Shown piece by piece: positions 8,563 to 18,157 of a stretch of 29,930 nucleotides of DNA. Under the pieces are notes generated by a model, which was not told the DNA's origin, ran no database searches, and saw nothing but the letters and a program-made list of their open reading frames with translations. The translations under genes were made by a program, and so were the position numbers. The stretch is from Thermoplasmata archaeon (GTDB lineage: Archaea; Thermoplasmatota; E2; DHVEG-1), in contig QMTB01000001.1 of the NCBI GenBank assembly GCA_003649845.1, positions 1 through 29,930 of the forward strand, read 5' to 3'. Numbering within the stretch: position 1 is the stretch's first letter; each line of letters opens with the position of its first letter.

Positions 8563-9151
8563 GTAAAGGTTTCTCCTCAATTCTACCTCTAGGTTCTATC
8601 TCTGTAAATATCTGCCCCGAGAAGGTGTAGAGTTTTGCATCTCTATCAAGCCATGCATCTGGTGGTAACCATGCTTTCATACATGTATTCGCTAGAAATT
8701 CTTCTACATCCCAATTCTCTTCAACTGGCACTTGAGGTAATAGTAAACCAGAGTAGCTACCTTTTCTAATGATAAGCCCATCACGACCTATTTTAATCTT
8801 AGATAGATATTCTTTAGGATCAACTACGTCTAACAATTTCGGAGGAGTTAAAATAGTTACCTCAACAATAATGTCATCTAATTCTTTCTCGGATAGAGGT
8901 GGAAATCTTGGATCTCTAGTTGCAGAAGTAGCTGCTTCAACTAAAGCATCTTGTAGAGGCATAATAGGTTCAGGTATACCTATGCATCCTCTAAGCATAT
9001 GAGAGGGATATGTATGTATAGTTACAAAAACACCTTGTTTCTCTCTAAATATAGATCCTAGGTCCTCTTTTGGAATAGGATCTTGTTTAACGTATGCCTC
9101 AATAACTTTACGTGCAAATTTAACTGCCTTCTCACCCTCTTCGAGATTCAT
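8555..9151 (-). CDS. AMMECR1-domain protein (archaeal TIGR00296-like)
   Basis: GVFVT, LRGCIG, AATRDPRF, VEVTILTPP, IGRDGLII, GLLLPQVPVE, CMKAWL. Confidence 0.93.
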   Translation of the reverse strand: MNLEEGEKAVKFARKVIEAYVKQDPIPKEDLGSIFREKQGVFVTIHTYPSHMLRGCIGIPEPIMPLQDALVEAATSATRDPRFPPLSEKELDDIIVEVTILTPPKLLDVVDPKEYLSKIKIGRDGLIIRKGSYSGLLLPQVPVEENWDVEEFLANTCMKAWLPPDAWLDRDAKLYTFSGQIFTEIEPRGRIEEKPLHG

Positions 9152-9169
9152 AGATACAGAGATACTGTT

Positions 9170-9190
9170 GGAAATAAATAAAATTTGGGG
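9170..9190 (-). promoter_or_regulatory. Putative TATA for the AMMECR1-pyrC-DUF368-IMPase genes (leaderless)
   Basis: Minus strand reads AAATTTTATTTATTTCC about 20-35 nt upstream of ATG 9151; no SD. Confidence 0.4.
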
Positions 9191-9207
9191 AGAGAGTGTT
9201 ACGTTAG

Positions 9208-12200
9208 TTATTCTTCTCTTGCCAACAGTATATCAAAGGTTTTTACACCCTCCCCAACATTGACAATTAGATGTCCACTATAAGTATAGGTAACAATTTG
9301 ACCACTTACATTTACAGGTTGGCTAACAGAAACATTATATGTACCAGGTCTAAGTAATACACTATAGTAACCTGTTTCATCTGATCTAGCAGAGGAAAAT
9401 CTAGCGGTATTATTTGCGATAGAGCGATCAGGTGCAAATGCAATAGATACATTATATATTGGTATCATATCTTCTTGATCAATAGTTTGACCACTCACAT
9501 TTACAGGTATATAATCAATTGATACGTTTACTAATTTGGTCTTATTAGATTCAATAGTTACATTTTCTACACCAAAGTATCCAGGTAGTTTTGTAACATT
9601 AATCTGATAATCGCCTGGGGTGAGAGATCTAAAGGAATATCTACCTGTAGCATTTGTCACTAGAGAATCAACAAATTTATCAGTTGGAGTAGTTGTATAT
9701 ATAAGATTAACAGTTGCACCTTCTACTTCTTCACCAGCATCATATTCTCCATTATCATTCTTATCAAAGTATATTATACCAGATACATTACCTGGCTTTG
9801 GAAGTACTACATCATGGGTTGTGTTGCCCTCCGGCACCTTTATAAGTGTGTTCTCAATTTGGAAGCCATCAGGAGTTAAAACAGCTATCTGATATATACC
9901 TGGTAGTAAACCGGAGATGGTATAAGAACCATTTATATCCGTTCTAACATCTCGTATCATATTATAATCATATGTCTCTACTTGTCCTGTTTGGTTATCA
10001 AATGAGTTTATACCTCTAACTGCAACCTGTGCATTTGCAAGAGGTTGATCAACAGATGCATTATAACCACTCTCATTTCCCTTCTCATCATATACATAGC
10101 CTTTTATTGTCCCAGGTTTAATTTCAATTGTAATGAAACGAGTATTGTTATCAGTATTGCGCATAGCTTCATCTTCTGTTATAGGTGCTAGAGACGTATC
10201 ATTTTTGCTATTAAACGTTACATTAGTTACAGCAAAAGCATTGACACCGAGTTCAGGATAACGACGGACTTGTATACTTATATTACCAGCAGGCGCTATA
10301 ACATGGAATGAACCATTTACAGCTAAATCTCTATCATGATCAATTGGAATCTCTCCACCATAGAGAGATACATTCTTTCGAACTACAACTTGTAGATTCT
10401 GAGGTTTACCATCAAATAAAATAGTTCCATTGATATAGGCACCTTCATAGTATTTAGCGATAACTACAGCGGTTTTACCAGGGTTACCTTGGTAATATAT
10501 ATATTTTGGATATGGAGAAACATACTCTGCATAGAAATGGCGCATATTAAGACAGGGAATCTGATAATCTGGTTCAGTTTTTACTTTACCTCCACCAACG
10601 CCAGAGGATTTCTCAGTTGCAGGACCAATGTATGTTTTATAGAACATCGTATTGAAATATGCATCTTTATAGACTGTTTTTGTCTGTACAACTGGATCGG
10701 ATCTACTCTCAGCAACTGTCCTATCCTTCCATTCATCATATGTTAATTCTCTGCCACTCTGGGTAACAAATTTAATTTGAATAAAATCATCTTCAGGTAC
10801 ATCACCTTCTCTCATGGCAAGTAGAACTAAACTTTTATCTGCCAAGAAAGAGAAGATATTGAATATCTGTTTATCATATCCTTCAACACCATAGTATCTA
10901 ATACTTTTACCCGTTACCTTTTGTAGGTCATGATATAGCCAGGTTATATCCTCATCGTCTAATTTATTAGTTAGAAGAGCAGAGGCATCATGATAGACAG
11001 CATTCATAGGCCATTGTTCTCCAACTGGATGATCTTTAGCGATCTTATGATCATATGCAAGGGCGATAGGACGCCCATATGAGGGGGATTCCTCTGGATT
11101 CTCAACCCATTGAATAATCTTACTGCTATCGTTTTTCCCGAGGTGATCCTCTAAAACATTTTTAACAGACTCTGTGAGTTTACCATCATTATGGAAAACA
11201 TCTCCTTCAAGTAATCTAATTATCCATATGGAAACAGCTTCTTTCTCACTCGTAGCTGTATGAAAGTTTGCAGCAGGTGGTATACCATCTTGAAAGTTAT
11301 CAGCAACCGTAGGATGCCCACCTACAGCAACCTCATAAAATCCATAATCCCACCAGGAGATAAAGGCAGGTCTCTCAGCAGGATCTTCTATATCAGTATC
11401 CTGTGAAGCAAGCCATGTGTAGGCATCTACCCAATAACCCTCTTTACCGAGACCAGTAAAGAAAGCACCATTAGGTAGATCACCAAAGACCTTTTTCTTC
11501 TCTGTGAAAGGCACAGCAGCATCTAATGAAAGATAAGCATTTGGCAAGATAATAATCAAAGCTATGAGAAGTATTCCAAATATATGCATGAATTTAACCC
11601 CTCTCTTTAGACCATGTAAACCACCGCCAACGTTGCGTATAACTTTAACCATTTCAGGATAATTGATCTTATCAACTACATACCATGTGAAGTAGCTGCT
11701 AAATAATGCAACTAATGGGACTAAATCATTTAGGAAACGACCTGCACTAGCAGATAACCACATTTCTATAAAGAAAACAACTATCAGCAGGAGATGATCC
11801 CTACGTTGATTATATCTTATAAATCTATAAGCTATCAACAGGAAACCAGCCCAAGCAATCCAATATAATGCTGGACCAAAGGACATCACCGTTCTACTTA
11901 TACCATATACATTAGCCTCTGCGATAGTTTGAGATACTTTCTTACCATAAACTCCACCGCCATATATAATAGTCCATATATCCTTAAGGTGAGCAAGAGG
12001 AGGGAATATATCTGAGAGAACTGGTATAAAGTAAAGGAATATTAGTCCTGCTACAATAACAAGTAGGATAATAGGTACAGATAAAGTCCAAGGAATTCTC
12101 TTTCTATTTAGAATATAACATATAATTCCTAAGATAATTACTCCGGTAATTGTTAACAGAGGGGTATTAAAAACTATGCCATGTTTGGCAGATATCACTG

Positions 12201-13074
12201 GGAGAGAAATAATATAACCTGTAAATAAAACAAGGAATGAAGAAGTTGCAACCTTTAAATCAATTTTACTTCGATAGATGTCAACAAATATCTGAATTAT
12301 CGTGTAAGCAAATATAACTACGTATAAAAATTTAGCTTCAACCCAAACCATAGATAAACCTGCAAGGGGCATGCCCCCTAAAAGGGCATATAATCTGGAT
12401 TTTGTTTTATCAGATTCCTTTAAACTTTTTATAAGAAAAGCATAAGTTAAGAAGAAAAGGAGGAGGTTGAGAGAATCATGATCAAATAAAGTATATGCAG
12501 AACCATGACCGGAGCCTAGATGAATTGGAATTAAAGGTATAAATAGAGCAGCTAGGAGGCCTTCTTTTCTACCGAAAACAGTCCTTCCAATAACATATAT
12601 TGGGAAAACTATAAGCGCTCCAAATAAAGCAGGTATAAACTGCATAGAATAACCTATTGCATCAACCTCGCTCATAAAAGGAGTAAGGAACCTAGCAAAA
12701 GCTATAGCAAGCATATTCATAAGTGGAGCTCTACCGCCACTCCTTCCAAGAGGATAATTCAGTAGGGGATCATTATACGAATAATAGGGGTAATGTCCAG
12801 GGTTTTCACCATATAATGTTTCCTTAATTAATCTCATATTATAATATGGATCTGGACCGGATAGATAATATTTGGAAAAACCTTCACCAGTAGGATTAAA
12901 TGGTTCTCCACTTGTTACATTGAAATACGAGTTTAGAAATAAAACTAATAGGAAAATTGCAACTAGAGATAGAGCAATCCACCAGTTTTTAGGTAAAAAG
13001 CTTTTTAATGATTTAGCCTCTGTTGTTTTAGCAGATTCAGTTGATTTGGTTTTTTTCACTGCTCTTTTCCGCAT
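9208..13074 (-). CDS. aglB: Oligosaccharyltransferase AglB (STT3 family), long form with C-terminal carboxypeptidase-regulatory-like/SdrD-B-like beta-sandwich repeats
   Basis: About 13 TM segments; GPDPYY, FDHD, TIAE, WWDYG (11341-11355), ADNFQ. Start set at ATG 13074, preceded by AGGTGA, with a TTTATAAG box at 13122-13115. Confidence 0.95.
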   Translation of the reverse strand: MRKRAVKKTKSTESAKTTEAKSLKSFLPKNWWIALSLVAIFLLVLFLNSYFNVTSGEPFNPTGEGFSKYYLSGPDPYYNMRLIKETLYGENPGHYPYYSYNDPLLNYPLGRSGGRAPLMNMLAIAFARFLTPFMSEVDAIGYSMQFIPALFGALIVFPIYVIGRTVFGRKEGLLAALFIPLIPIHLGSGHGSAYTLFDHDSLNLLLFFLTYAFLIKSLKESDKTKSRLYALLGGMPLAGLSMVWVEAKFLYVVIFAYTIIQIFVDIYRSKIDLKVATSSFLVLFTGYIISLPVISAKHGIVFNTPLLTITGVIILGIICYILNRKRIPWTLSVPIILLVIVAGLIFLYFIPVLSDIFPPLAHLKDIWTIIYGGGVYGKKVSQTIAEANVYGISRTVMSFGPALYWIAWAGFLLIAYRFIRYNQRRDHLLLIVVFFIEMWLSASAGRFLNDLVPLVALFSSYFTWYVVDKINYPEMVKVIRNVGGGLHGLKRGVKFMHIFGILLIALIIILPNAYLSLDAAVPFTEKKKVFGDLPNGAFFTGLGKEGYWVDAYTWLASQDTDIEDPAERPAFISWWDYGFYEVAVGGHPTVADNFQDGIPPAANFHTATSEKEAVSIWIIRLLEGDVFHNDGKLTESVKNVLEDHLGKNDSSKIIQWVENPEESPSYGRPIALAYDHKIAKDHPVGEQWPMNAVYHDASALLTNKLDDEDITWLYHDLQKVTGKSIRYYGVEGYDKQIFNIFSFLADKSLVLLAMREGDVPEDDFIQIKFVTQSGRELTYDEWKDRTVAESRSDPVVQTKTVYKDAYFNTMFYKTYIGPATEKSSGVGGGKVKTEPDYQIPCLNMRHFYAEYVSPYPKYIYYQGNPGKTAVVIAKYYEGAYINGTILFDGKPQNLQVVVRKNVSLYGGEIPIDHDRDLAVNGSFHVIAPAGNISIQVRRYPELGVNAFAVTNVTFNSKNDTSLAPITEDEAMRNTDNNTRFITIEIKPGTIKGYVYDEKGNESGYNASVDQPLANAQVAVRGINSFDNQTGQVETYDYNMIRDVRTDINGSYTISGLLPGIYQIAVLTPDGFQIENTLIKVPEGNTTHDVVLPKPGNVSGIIYFDKNDNGEYDAGEEVEGATVNLIYTTTPTDKFVDSLVTNATGRYSFRSLTPGDYQINVTKLPGYFGVENVTIESNKTKLVNVSIDYIPVNVSGQTIDQEDMIPIYNVSIAFAPDRSIANNTARFSSARSDETGYYSVLLRPGTYNVSVSQPVNVSGQIVTYTYSGHLIVNVGEGVKTFDILLAREE

Positions 13075-13112
13075 TATTCTCACCTTATCTTGATTCACAC
13101 TTGTAAAAAGAT

Positions 13113-13127
13113 GGTCTTATAAATACC
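13113..13127 (-). promoter_or_regulatory. Putative TATA box of aglB
   Basis: Minus strand GTATTTATAAGAC immediately after the prs stop; its spacing places GTG 13098 at or before the expected transcription start. Confidence 0.5.
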
Positions 13128-13985
13128 TTACTTACCTTTTAGCATCTCTGCTAACAGTGGAGCAACCTTAACTTTGCTAAAAGGATTAGGTATTGTGTCT
13201 GTTGTAACTATCTCATCACATCCAGCGTTTCTTATTTTTTCAATGGCATTACCTGCAAAAACACCATGGATGCAGGCTGCAATAGCTTTCTCTGCCCCCT
13301 GTCTTTTAAGTTCCTCTATAGAGGAAGCTATGGTTCCACCTGTAGAAATGATATCATCTACTATAGCTATATTTTTCCCATTTACATCGAGTTTCTTAGG
13401 AGTAACTTCTATAGTTATCCCATCTATACGAGTCTTCTCTAGATAGTCTACTTCACATTTTAGGATATCTGCAGCTACTTCTGCTCGTTTCAATGCACCT
13501 TTATCTGGTGCAAGAACCATATCTATGTTTTTATCTTTGAGATAATCAGCTATCAATGGAATCGCTGAAGATACCTTACAAGGTATACCAAAGAAATCAG
13601 AAATATATTCTTTATGAGGATCGATTGTAACAACGTCATCTGCGTCTATACTAATTATCCTAGCAATAGCCTTAGCGCTTATTGGTTCACCTTCATTGAA
13701 TTTTCTATCCTGTCTTGCATATCCCATATATGGGATAACAGCCGTTATATTATCTGCATTAGCCTCTCTAGCAGCATTTAGAATTAGAAGCAATTCGATA
13801 ATACTTTCATCTGGATATGCTGTTTGTATAACTACTATTCTATGCCCCTTTATTTCCTCTGGAATTCGTAAGTATAACTCTCCATCTGGAAATCTCTTAC
13901 TCACTAAATCTATCAAGGGCATTTTGAGGAGTTTTGATAAATCCTCTGCAATTGATTTTGATCTACTCCCGCCGATTATCATCAT
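13128..13985 (-). CDS. prs: Ribose-phosphate pyrophosphokinase (archaeal type)
   Basis: RFPDGELYLR, PYMGYARQDR, GEPISA, LAPDKGAL, PRPP-binding IVDDIISTGGT, HGVF, TDTI. ATG 13985 preferred over GTG 13997. Confidence 0.96.
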   Translation of the reverse strand: MMIIGGSRSKSIAEDLSKLLKMPLIDLVSKRFPDGELYLRIPEEIKGHRIVVIQTAYPDESIIELLLILNAAREANADNITAVIPYMGYARQDRKFNEGEPISAKAIARIISIDADDVVTIDPHKEYISDFFGIPCKVSSAIPLIADYLKDKNIDMVLAPDKGALKRAEVAADILKCEVDYLEKTRIDGITIEVTPKKLDVNGKNIAIVDDIISTGGTIASSIEELKRQGAEKAIAACIHGVFAGNAIEKIRNAGCDEIVTTDTIPNPFSKVKVAPLLAEMLKGK

Positions 13986-14040
13986 GGTTTCATTCACAAT
14001 AATAAAAATTTAGTTTTAAATTGTTTTCATATCATCGAAT

Positions 14041-14058
14041 ACAAAATTTTTATAAACA
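14041..14058 (+). promoter_or_regulatory. Putative BRE/TATA promoter of the large surface protein gene
   Basis: acaaaa-TTTTTATAAA at 14047-14056, about 40-50 nt upstream of ATG 14097. Confidence 0.5.
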
Positions 14059-14096
14059 CAGTTGGCTATAGTTCTTCTATTCTGGATGTGGATGTG

Positions 14097-16256
14097 ATGT
14101 ATATAAAATGGTGGCTAATAATAGCAAGCATAATTTGTTTTACAATTCTTCTTACAATCCCCTCTTTTGGAGAGGAAACAAGCAGTATCTCTGCAGATAT
14201 AAATATAGATGTTTCAACAGGAACAAATTTTACAACATATATAGATATGAAAGTGGAAAAGATATATCTATCTGCAAGTGAATTAACCTATACAGCTGAG
14301 GAGATAGCAGATCTTGCAAATAATAATCCAGAGATACTCGGTGCTATAAAATATGCTCTCAAGGATTTTATTTTAAATCAGCTTAGAGAGAGTTTTAAAG
14401 AAGCGAAGATAACGCCTCTAAAAGAACTACCTACATATGAAGACAATCTTTTCCATGATGAATATAAAATAGATTTAACGCCTAAATTTTTTAGTCTAAA
14501 TGATTCCATCGATATATATAATCTTATAAACGGTTTACTTAACATTGGAGGGATAGTAAATTATTCTTTTCCATTACATGCAGAGGAGGGTTGGAAAAAC
14601 ATCTATAAATTCATATTACCTACTCATCTAACATTTAAAAGAACAACGGGACTAGTTAAAAACAATGAGATAACATGGATCGTAGATAATAAAGATGGAT
14701 TGATAAATCTTAGAAAGGCAGAACTATCACTTATGTCTAAAAAATCAAATGAATTGAATAAAAATGAAGATGTTTTGATGGTAAATTTTATTTTAAATGC
14801 AACAAAACCAGAGAAGATTGGGTTAACCTCAGAGATGCTAATAAAAAACCTTGGGTTAAAAAACTATAGGATATCACCCGATTTCATATACAATATCTCT
14901 GGATTACCCGCAGATGGTATAAGATTGTGTGCAAAAAATGGTCTTTTACATTGGGATACAATCTATGAGAGAACATTATCATCTCAGATATATAGAATTA
15001 AAAAAGTCTTGGAAAATTCTTCTCTAAATCAATCGATAGAGTTGAACTTCTCATGGGATCCATCCACTACAACAGATTGTAAAAATCCATATAATGTCTC
15101 TCATATGGATGAAACACCACCTGTTAAAGGTATTTTAAGAGATGAAGAAATCAATCTAACTATACATAGATTACCCGCAAGAGCAGTATTTGGATTGGTT
15201 AATGCTGGAGCGAAAGTAAACCTAAATAATATGGATATAAATTTTGGGGATCATCTAGGAGATATAAAATTACCTTACAATTGTACATTCATTCTACCAG
15301 ATCATATTTTCATCAATGGAGAGAATCCATATAGATGGAATGAAAATCACTCCCTTAATGGAGAGATGTACTCAGATATAGCCCCTATATATAGTGAAGA
15401 AAAAATAGATACTCATATAGATTTCTCAATAGAAGATATGGATCTCAATCTACTGAGTTTCTTCTCAGGTAGAACAGAGATTTCAACTGGATTGTATCTT
15501 GAAGAGAAAGAAAATCGAAGTGTATCGAAGATTCCATATACATTTCATATACCAAGCGAGATAAATATATCTCTTCTAAATTCTGATGCTTTTAGAATAT
15601 GCATAGAAGAAGGAGTATTTAAGGAAAATGAGGTTAAAACATTTTTAAATGATGAAGCAAGTTTATTTAAAATTCTGATAGAAGAGATACTACCTGGTGC
15701 AGATATAAACGTTAAATCAAATGTAGATAAATTTCAGGAATCGTTGAAATGGGATGAAGATATCTCTATTATGGATGGAAATAAGCCCATAAGTATTATT
15801 TCAACCTCTCATGTAACATATCCCCTCTCGTTTAACTTCTCAATTATACCTCCTTCTTTTAAAGTTTTACCATGGAATCTAACCCTAAGAGGCATCAGAG
15901 ATCAAAACGTTACATATAGATTGATATTCCCAGATGGAATATATGTAATGGCTAATGATTCTCTAGGCAAAACATCTACAAAGAAAATTGGAAATCATTA
16001 TCTAATTGAGATTAATTTCAACAAAGAAGAAGCAAACTCCACAGATTACATCTCTATCAAAATGCAACCTTCCTTATTATTTATAATAGGCTTATTTTCA
16101 CCTTGTCTATTAAGTATAATAGTAGCCTCTATATTGTTTATACTAATATACATTCTAAGGAGGAAGAGGAGAAGAATATATCCCTCTCAAGAACAACAAA
16201 GATACGAAGAGCAGGAGTATTATATACCTCCACCTCCTCAGAATCTAAATAGATAG
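14097..16256 (+). CDS. Hypothetical secreted, C-terminally membrane-anchored surface glycoprotein with about 3 internal repeats
   Basis: N-terminal signal peptide (KWWLIIASIICFTILLTIPSFG), 19 N-X-S/T sequons, C-terminal TM followed by RRKRRR and a Q/E/Y/P-rich tail. GTG 14088 is an alternative start. Confidence 0.8.
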   Translation: MYIKWWLIIASIICFTILLTIPSFGEETSSISADINIDVSTGTNFTTYIDMKVEKIYLSASELTYTAEEIADLANNNPEILGAIKYALKDFILNQLRESFKEAKITPLKELPTYEDNLFHDEYKIDLTPKFFSLNDSIDIYNLINGLLNIGGIVNYSFPLHAEEGWKNIYKFILPTHLTFKRTTGLVKNNEITWIVDNKDGLINLRKAELSLMSKKSNELNKNEDVLMVNFILNATKPEKIGLTSEMLIKNLGLKNYRISPDFIYNISGLPADGIRLCAKNGLLHWDTIYERTLSSQIYRIKKVLENSSLNQSIELNFSWDPSTTTDCKNPYNVSHMDETPPVKGILRDEEINLTIHRLPARAVFGLVNAGAKVNLNNMDINFGDHLGDIKLPYNCTFILPDHIFINGENPYRWNENHSLNGEMYSDIAPIYSEEKIDTHIDFSIEDMDLNLLSFFSGRTEISTGLYLEEKENRSVSKIPYTFHIPSEINISLLNSDAFRICIEEGVFKENEVKTFLNDEASLFKILIEEILPGADINVKSNVDKFQESLKWDEDISIMDGNKPISIISTSHVTYPLSFNFSIIPPSFKVLPWNLTLRGIRDQNVTYRLIFPDGIYVMANDSLGKTSTKKIGNHYLIEINFNKEEANSTDYISIKMQPSLLFIIGLFSPCLLSIIVASILFILIYILRRKRRRIYPSQEQQRYEEQEYYIPPPPQNLNR

Positions 16257-17425
16257 GGTAGGAAAGATGCTGCTTTAAGAGGATGATTTCTAATCATATA
16301 TCTAACTAGTTTAGAGGGATAATCAATATCACCGTATTTAGATATAGTTTCTAGAATAATCGGTTGATCGATTTTACGAAGTATAGCATCTATTTTATCG
16401 TCAGTAAGTTTCAAAAAAACATTCCTTAATTTCATGTCAAAGAGTAGCTCGCGACCTATATCTTTCATCCAAGAAAGATGATAATTCTGCAAAGCCTTCT
16501 CTATAAGCACAGGGGTCTTTAAATCAACTGCTCTACTAATAGCATCTATACAATATTTCGCTGCTGATAAACCTGGATAGAGTCCTCCACCAGATGTTGG
16601 TTTAACTTGTGCTGCAGCATCTCCAACTAGAAGGATATTTGATTTAACAGTTTTTTTAAGAGGGCCTAGAGGAATTATACCTCCGGTATAATTAATAATA
16701 GTGGATCTCTCAGTACCTCTCTGAACTTCTGGATGATTTAAAAGTTTATCAAGATAATGTTTTGGAGGAAGTTTATCTCTATTTACACATAAACCAATAC
16801 GTGCCTCTGTTCCCCTAGGAGTTATGGGTATAATCCATGCAAAAAATCCAGGTGCAATATTTAATCCAAGGAATATTTCAACATAATTTGGATTGAATGA
16901 TGTATCCAAAAGATTTACACCTATACATTTGAGATATTCCATAGGTTGAGGGAAATTAAAAACGCGTCTTACAATAGAAGCTGCACCATCTGCTCCAATT
17001 AAAAATCTGCTAGATAATTCTTCCTTAGATGTTTTAATTTTAATCTCATCATTGTAGGATCTCATCTCCTCTACTTTATTGTTTAGAAAAACATCTGCAC
17101 CTTTCTCAATTGCATAATTCATCATAGCTTTGTCAAAAGCTATACGATCTATAGCTAAAGCATGGATTCTATCTCCTCCAATAGAAAGTTTGTAACCAAG
17201 AGGGGAATGGATAACAGCTCCTTTAATTCTATTTAAAACTAGATTTTCAGATGGAAAAGGTGTTAGTGAGAGAACACGAGATGTAACAAGACCTGCGCAG
17301 TGTAAAGGTAAACCAACGTTCTCATGTTCTTCAAAAACAACTGTGTTTACACCTCTCTCAGCTAATCCTCCAGCTACGAGAAGACCTATAGGACCTCCAC
17401 CTACTATACCTACTGTATATCTCAT
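16238..17425 (-). CDS. Geranylgeranyl reductase-family FAD-dependent oxidoreductase (paralog 1)
   Basis: GGGPIG Rossmann motif, HCAGLV, IDRIAFD, GADGAAS, APGFFAWIIP, VGDAAAQVKPTSGGGLY. Confidence 0.9.
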   Translation of the reverse strand: MRYTVGIVGGGPIGLLVAGGLAERGVNTVVFEEHENVGLPLHCAGLVTSRVLSLTPFPSENLVLNRIKGAVIHSPLGYKLSIGGDRIHALAIDRIAFDKAMMNYAIEKGADVFLNNKVEEMRSYNDEIKIKTSKEELSSRFLIGADGAASIVRRVFNFPQPMEYLKCIGVNLLDTSFNPNYVEIFLGLNIAPGFFAWIIPITPRGTEARIGLCVNRDKLPPKHYLDKLLNHPEVQRGTERSTIINYTGGIIPLGPLKKTVKSNILLVGDAAAQVKPTSGGGLYPGLSAAKYCIDAISRAVDLKTPVLIEKALQNYHLSWMKDIGRELLFDMKLRNVFLKLTDDKIDAILRKIDQPIILETISKYGDIDYPSKLVRYMIRNHPLKAASFLPYLFRF

Positions 17426-17444
17426 GAGAATATAGATAACAGCA

Positions 17445-17460
17445 AAGGTTTATAATAGAA
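17445..17460. promoter_or_regulatory. Possible shared TATA between divergent GGR paralog 1 and the 96-aa gene
   Basis: AAGG-TTTATAAT-AGAA with a palindromic TTATAA core; 24 nt from ATG 17425 (minus) and about 38 nt from GTG 17494 (plus). Confidence 0.4.
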
Positions 17461-17493
17461 TTGAGGATTCACTTCTAGTGGGAGAGATAAAGA

Positions 17494-17784
17494 GTGGTTT
17501 TAGTTAATATTGCATCTAAGAAAAAAAAGGAGGAAGGCACATCTAAAGAAGAAGATTTAATATGTCGTTTTGTCGTAGATGGAGCAGGTAGAGAAATAGG
17601 GGAAAGCATAACCCTTAAAGAGGATATACTAATAGTTAAAAAAGGAAAAAAATTCCTTGGCATACCGGTTAAACATATTGAGGATAAAGGAAGTACTCTT
17701 TTAGTAAAGGGATTAATAGACTTAGAAAAAGCAGAGGAACTAGGTGAGAGATGGCTTAAGAAAGAGGGATTCGATGGATTTTGA
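17494..17784 (+). CDS. Small PRC-barrel-like hypothetical protein (DUF5749-like)
   Basis: CRFVVDGAGREIGESI...LIVKKGKKFLGIPVKHI...AEELGERW resembles a small archaeal beta-barrel family; overlaps pth2 by 11 nt. Confidence 0.6.
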   Translation: MVLVNIASKKKKEEGTSKEEDLICRFVVDGAGREIGESITLKEDILIVKKGKKFLGIPVKHIEDKGSTLLVKGLIDLEKAEELGERWLKKEGFDGF

Positions 17785-18133
17785 ATACAAGATGGTTATA
17801 GTTGCAAGGGAAGATCTAAAGCTTTCACCAGGAAAACTAGCGGTACAGGTAGCCCATGCAGCGGTTGTCTGTACATTGGAAACAAAGAAAACTAACAGAA
17901 AATGGTTTAGGAGATGGATGGAAGAAGGCGCAAAAAAAGTAGTGGTTAAAGTAGATTCTCTTGAAGATTTCTTCACTCTAAAAAAGAAAGCAGAGGAATT
18001 AAAGATTACTTACTGTATAGTATCTGATGCTGGTTTAACAGAGATCCCACCGGATACAAAAACAGTTATGGGCTTCGGACCAGCACCTGCTTCAATAATA
18101 GATCAAATAACTGGAAATTTACCCCTTCTATAA
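17774..18133 (+). CDS. pth2: Peptidyl-tRNA hydrolase Pth2
   Basis: KMVIVAREDLKLSPGKLAVQVAHAA, KKVVVKV, DAGLTEI, GPAP...IDQITGNLPLL. Start set at ATG 17774 rather than GTG 17744. Confidence 0.96.
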   Translation: MDFEYKMVIVAREDLKLSPGKLAVQVAHAAVVCTLETKKTNRKWFRRWMEEGAKKVVVKVDSLEDFFTLKKKAEELKITYCIVSDAGLTEIPPDTKTVMGFGPAPASIIDQITGNLPLL

Positions 18134-18157
18134 AGAAAAATAGAGAGATTAGAAAGG

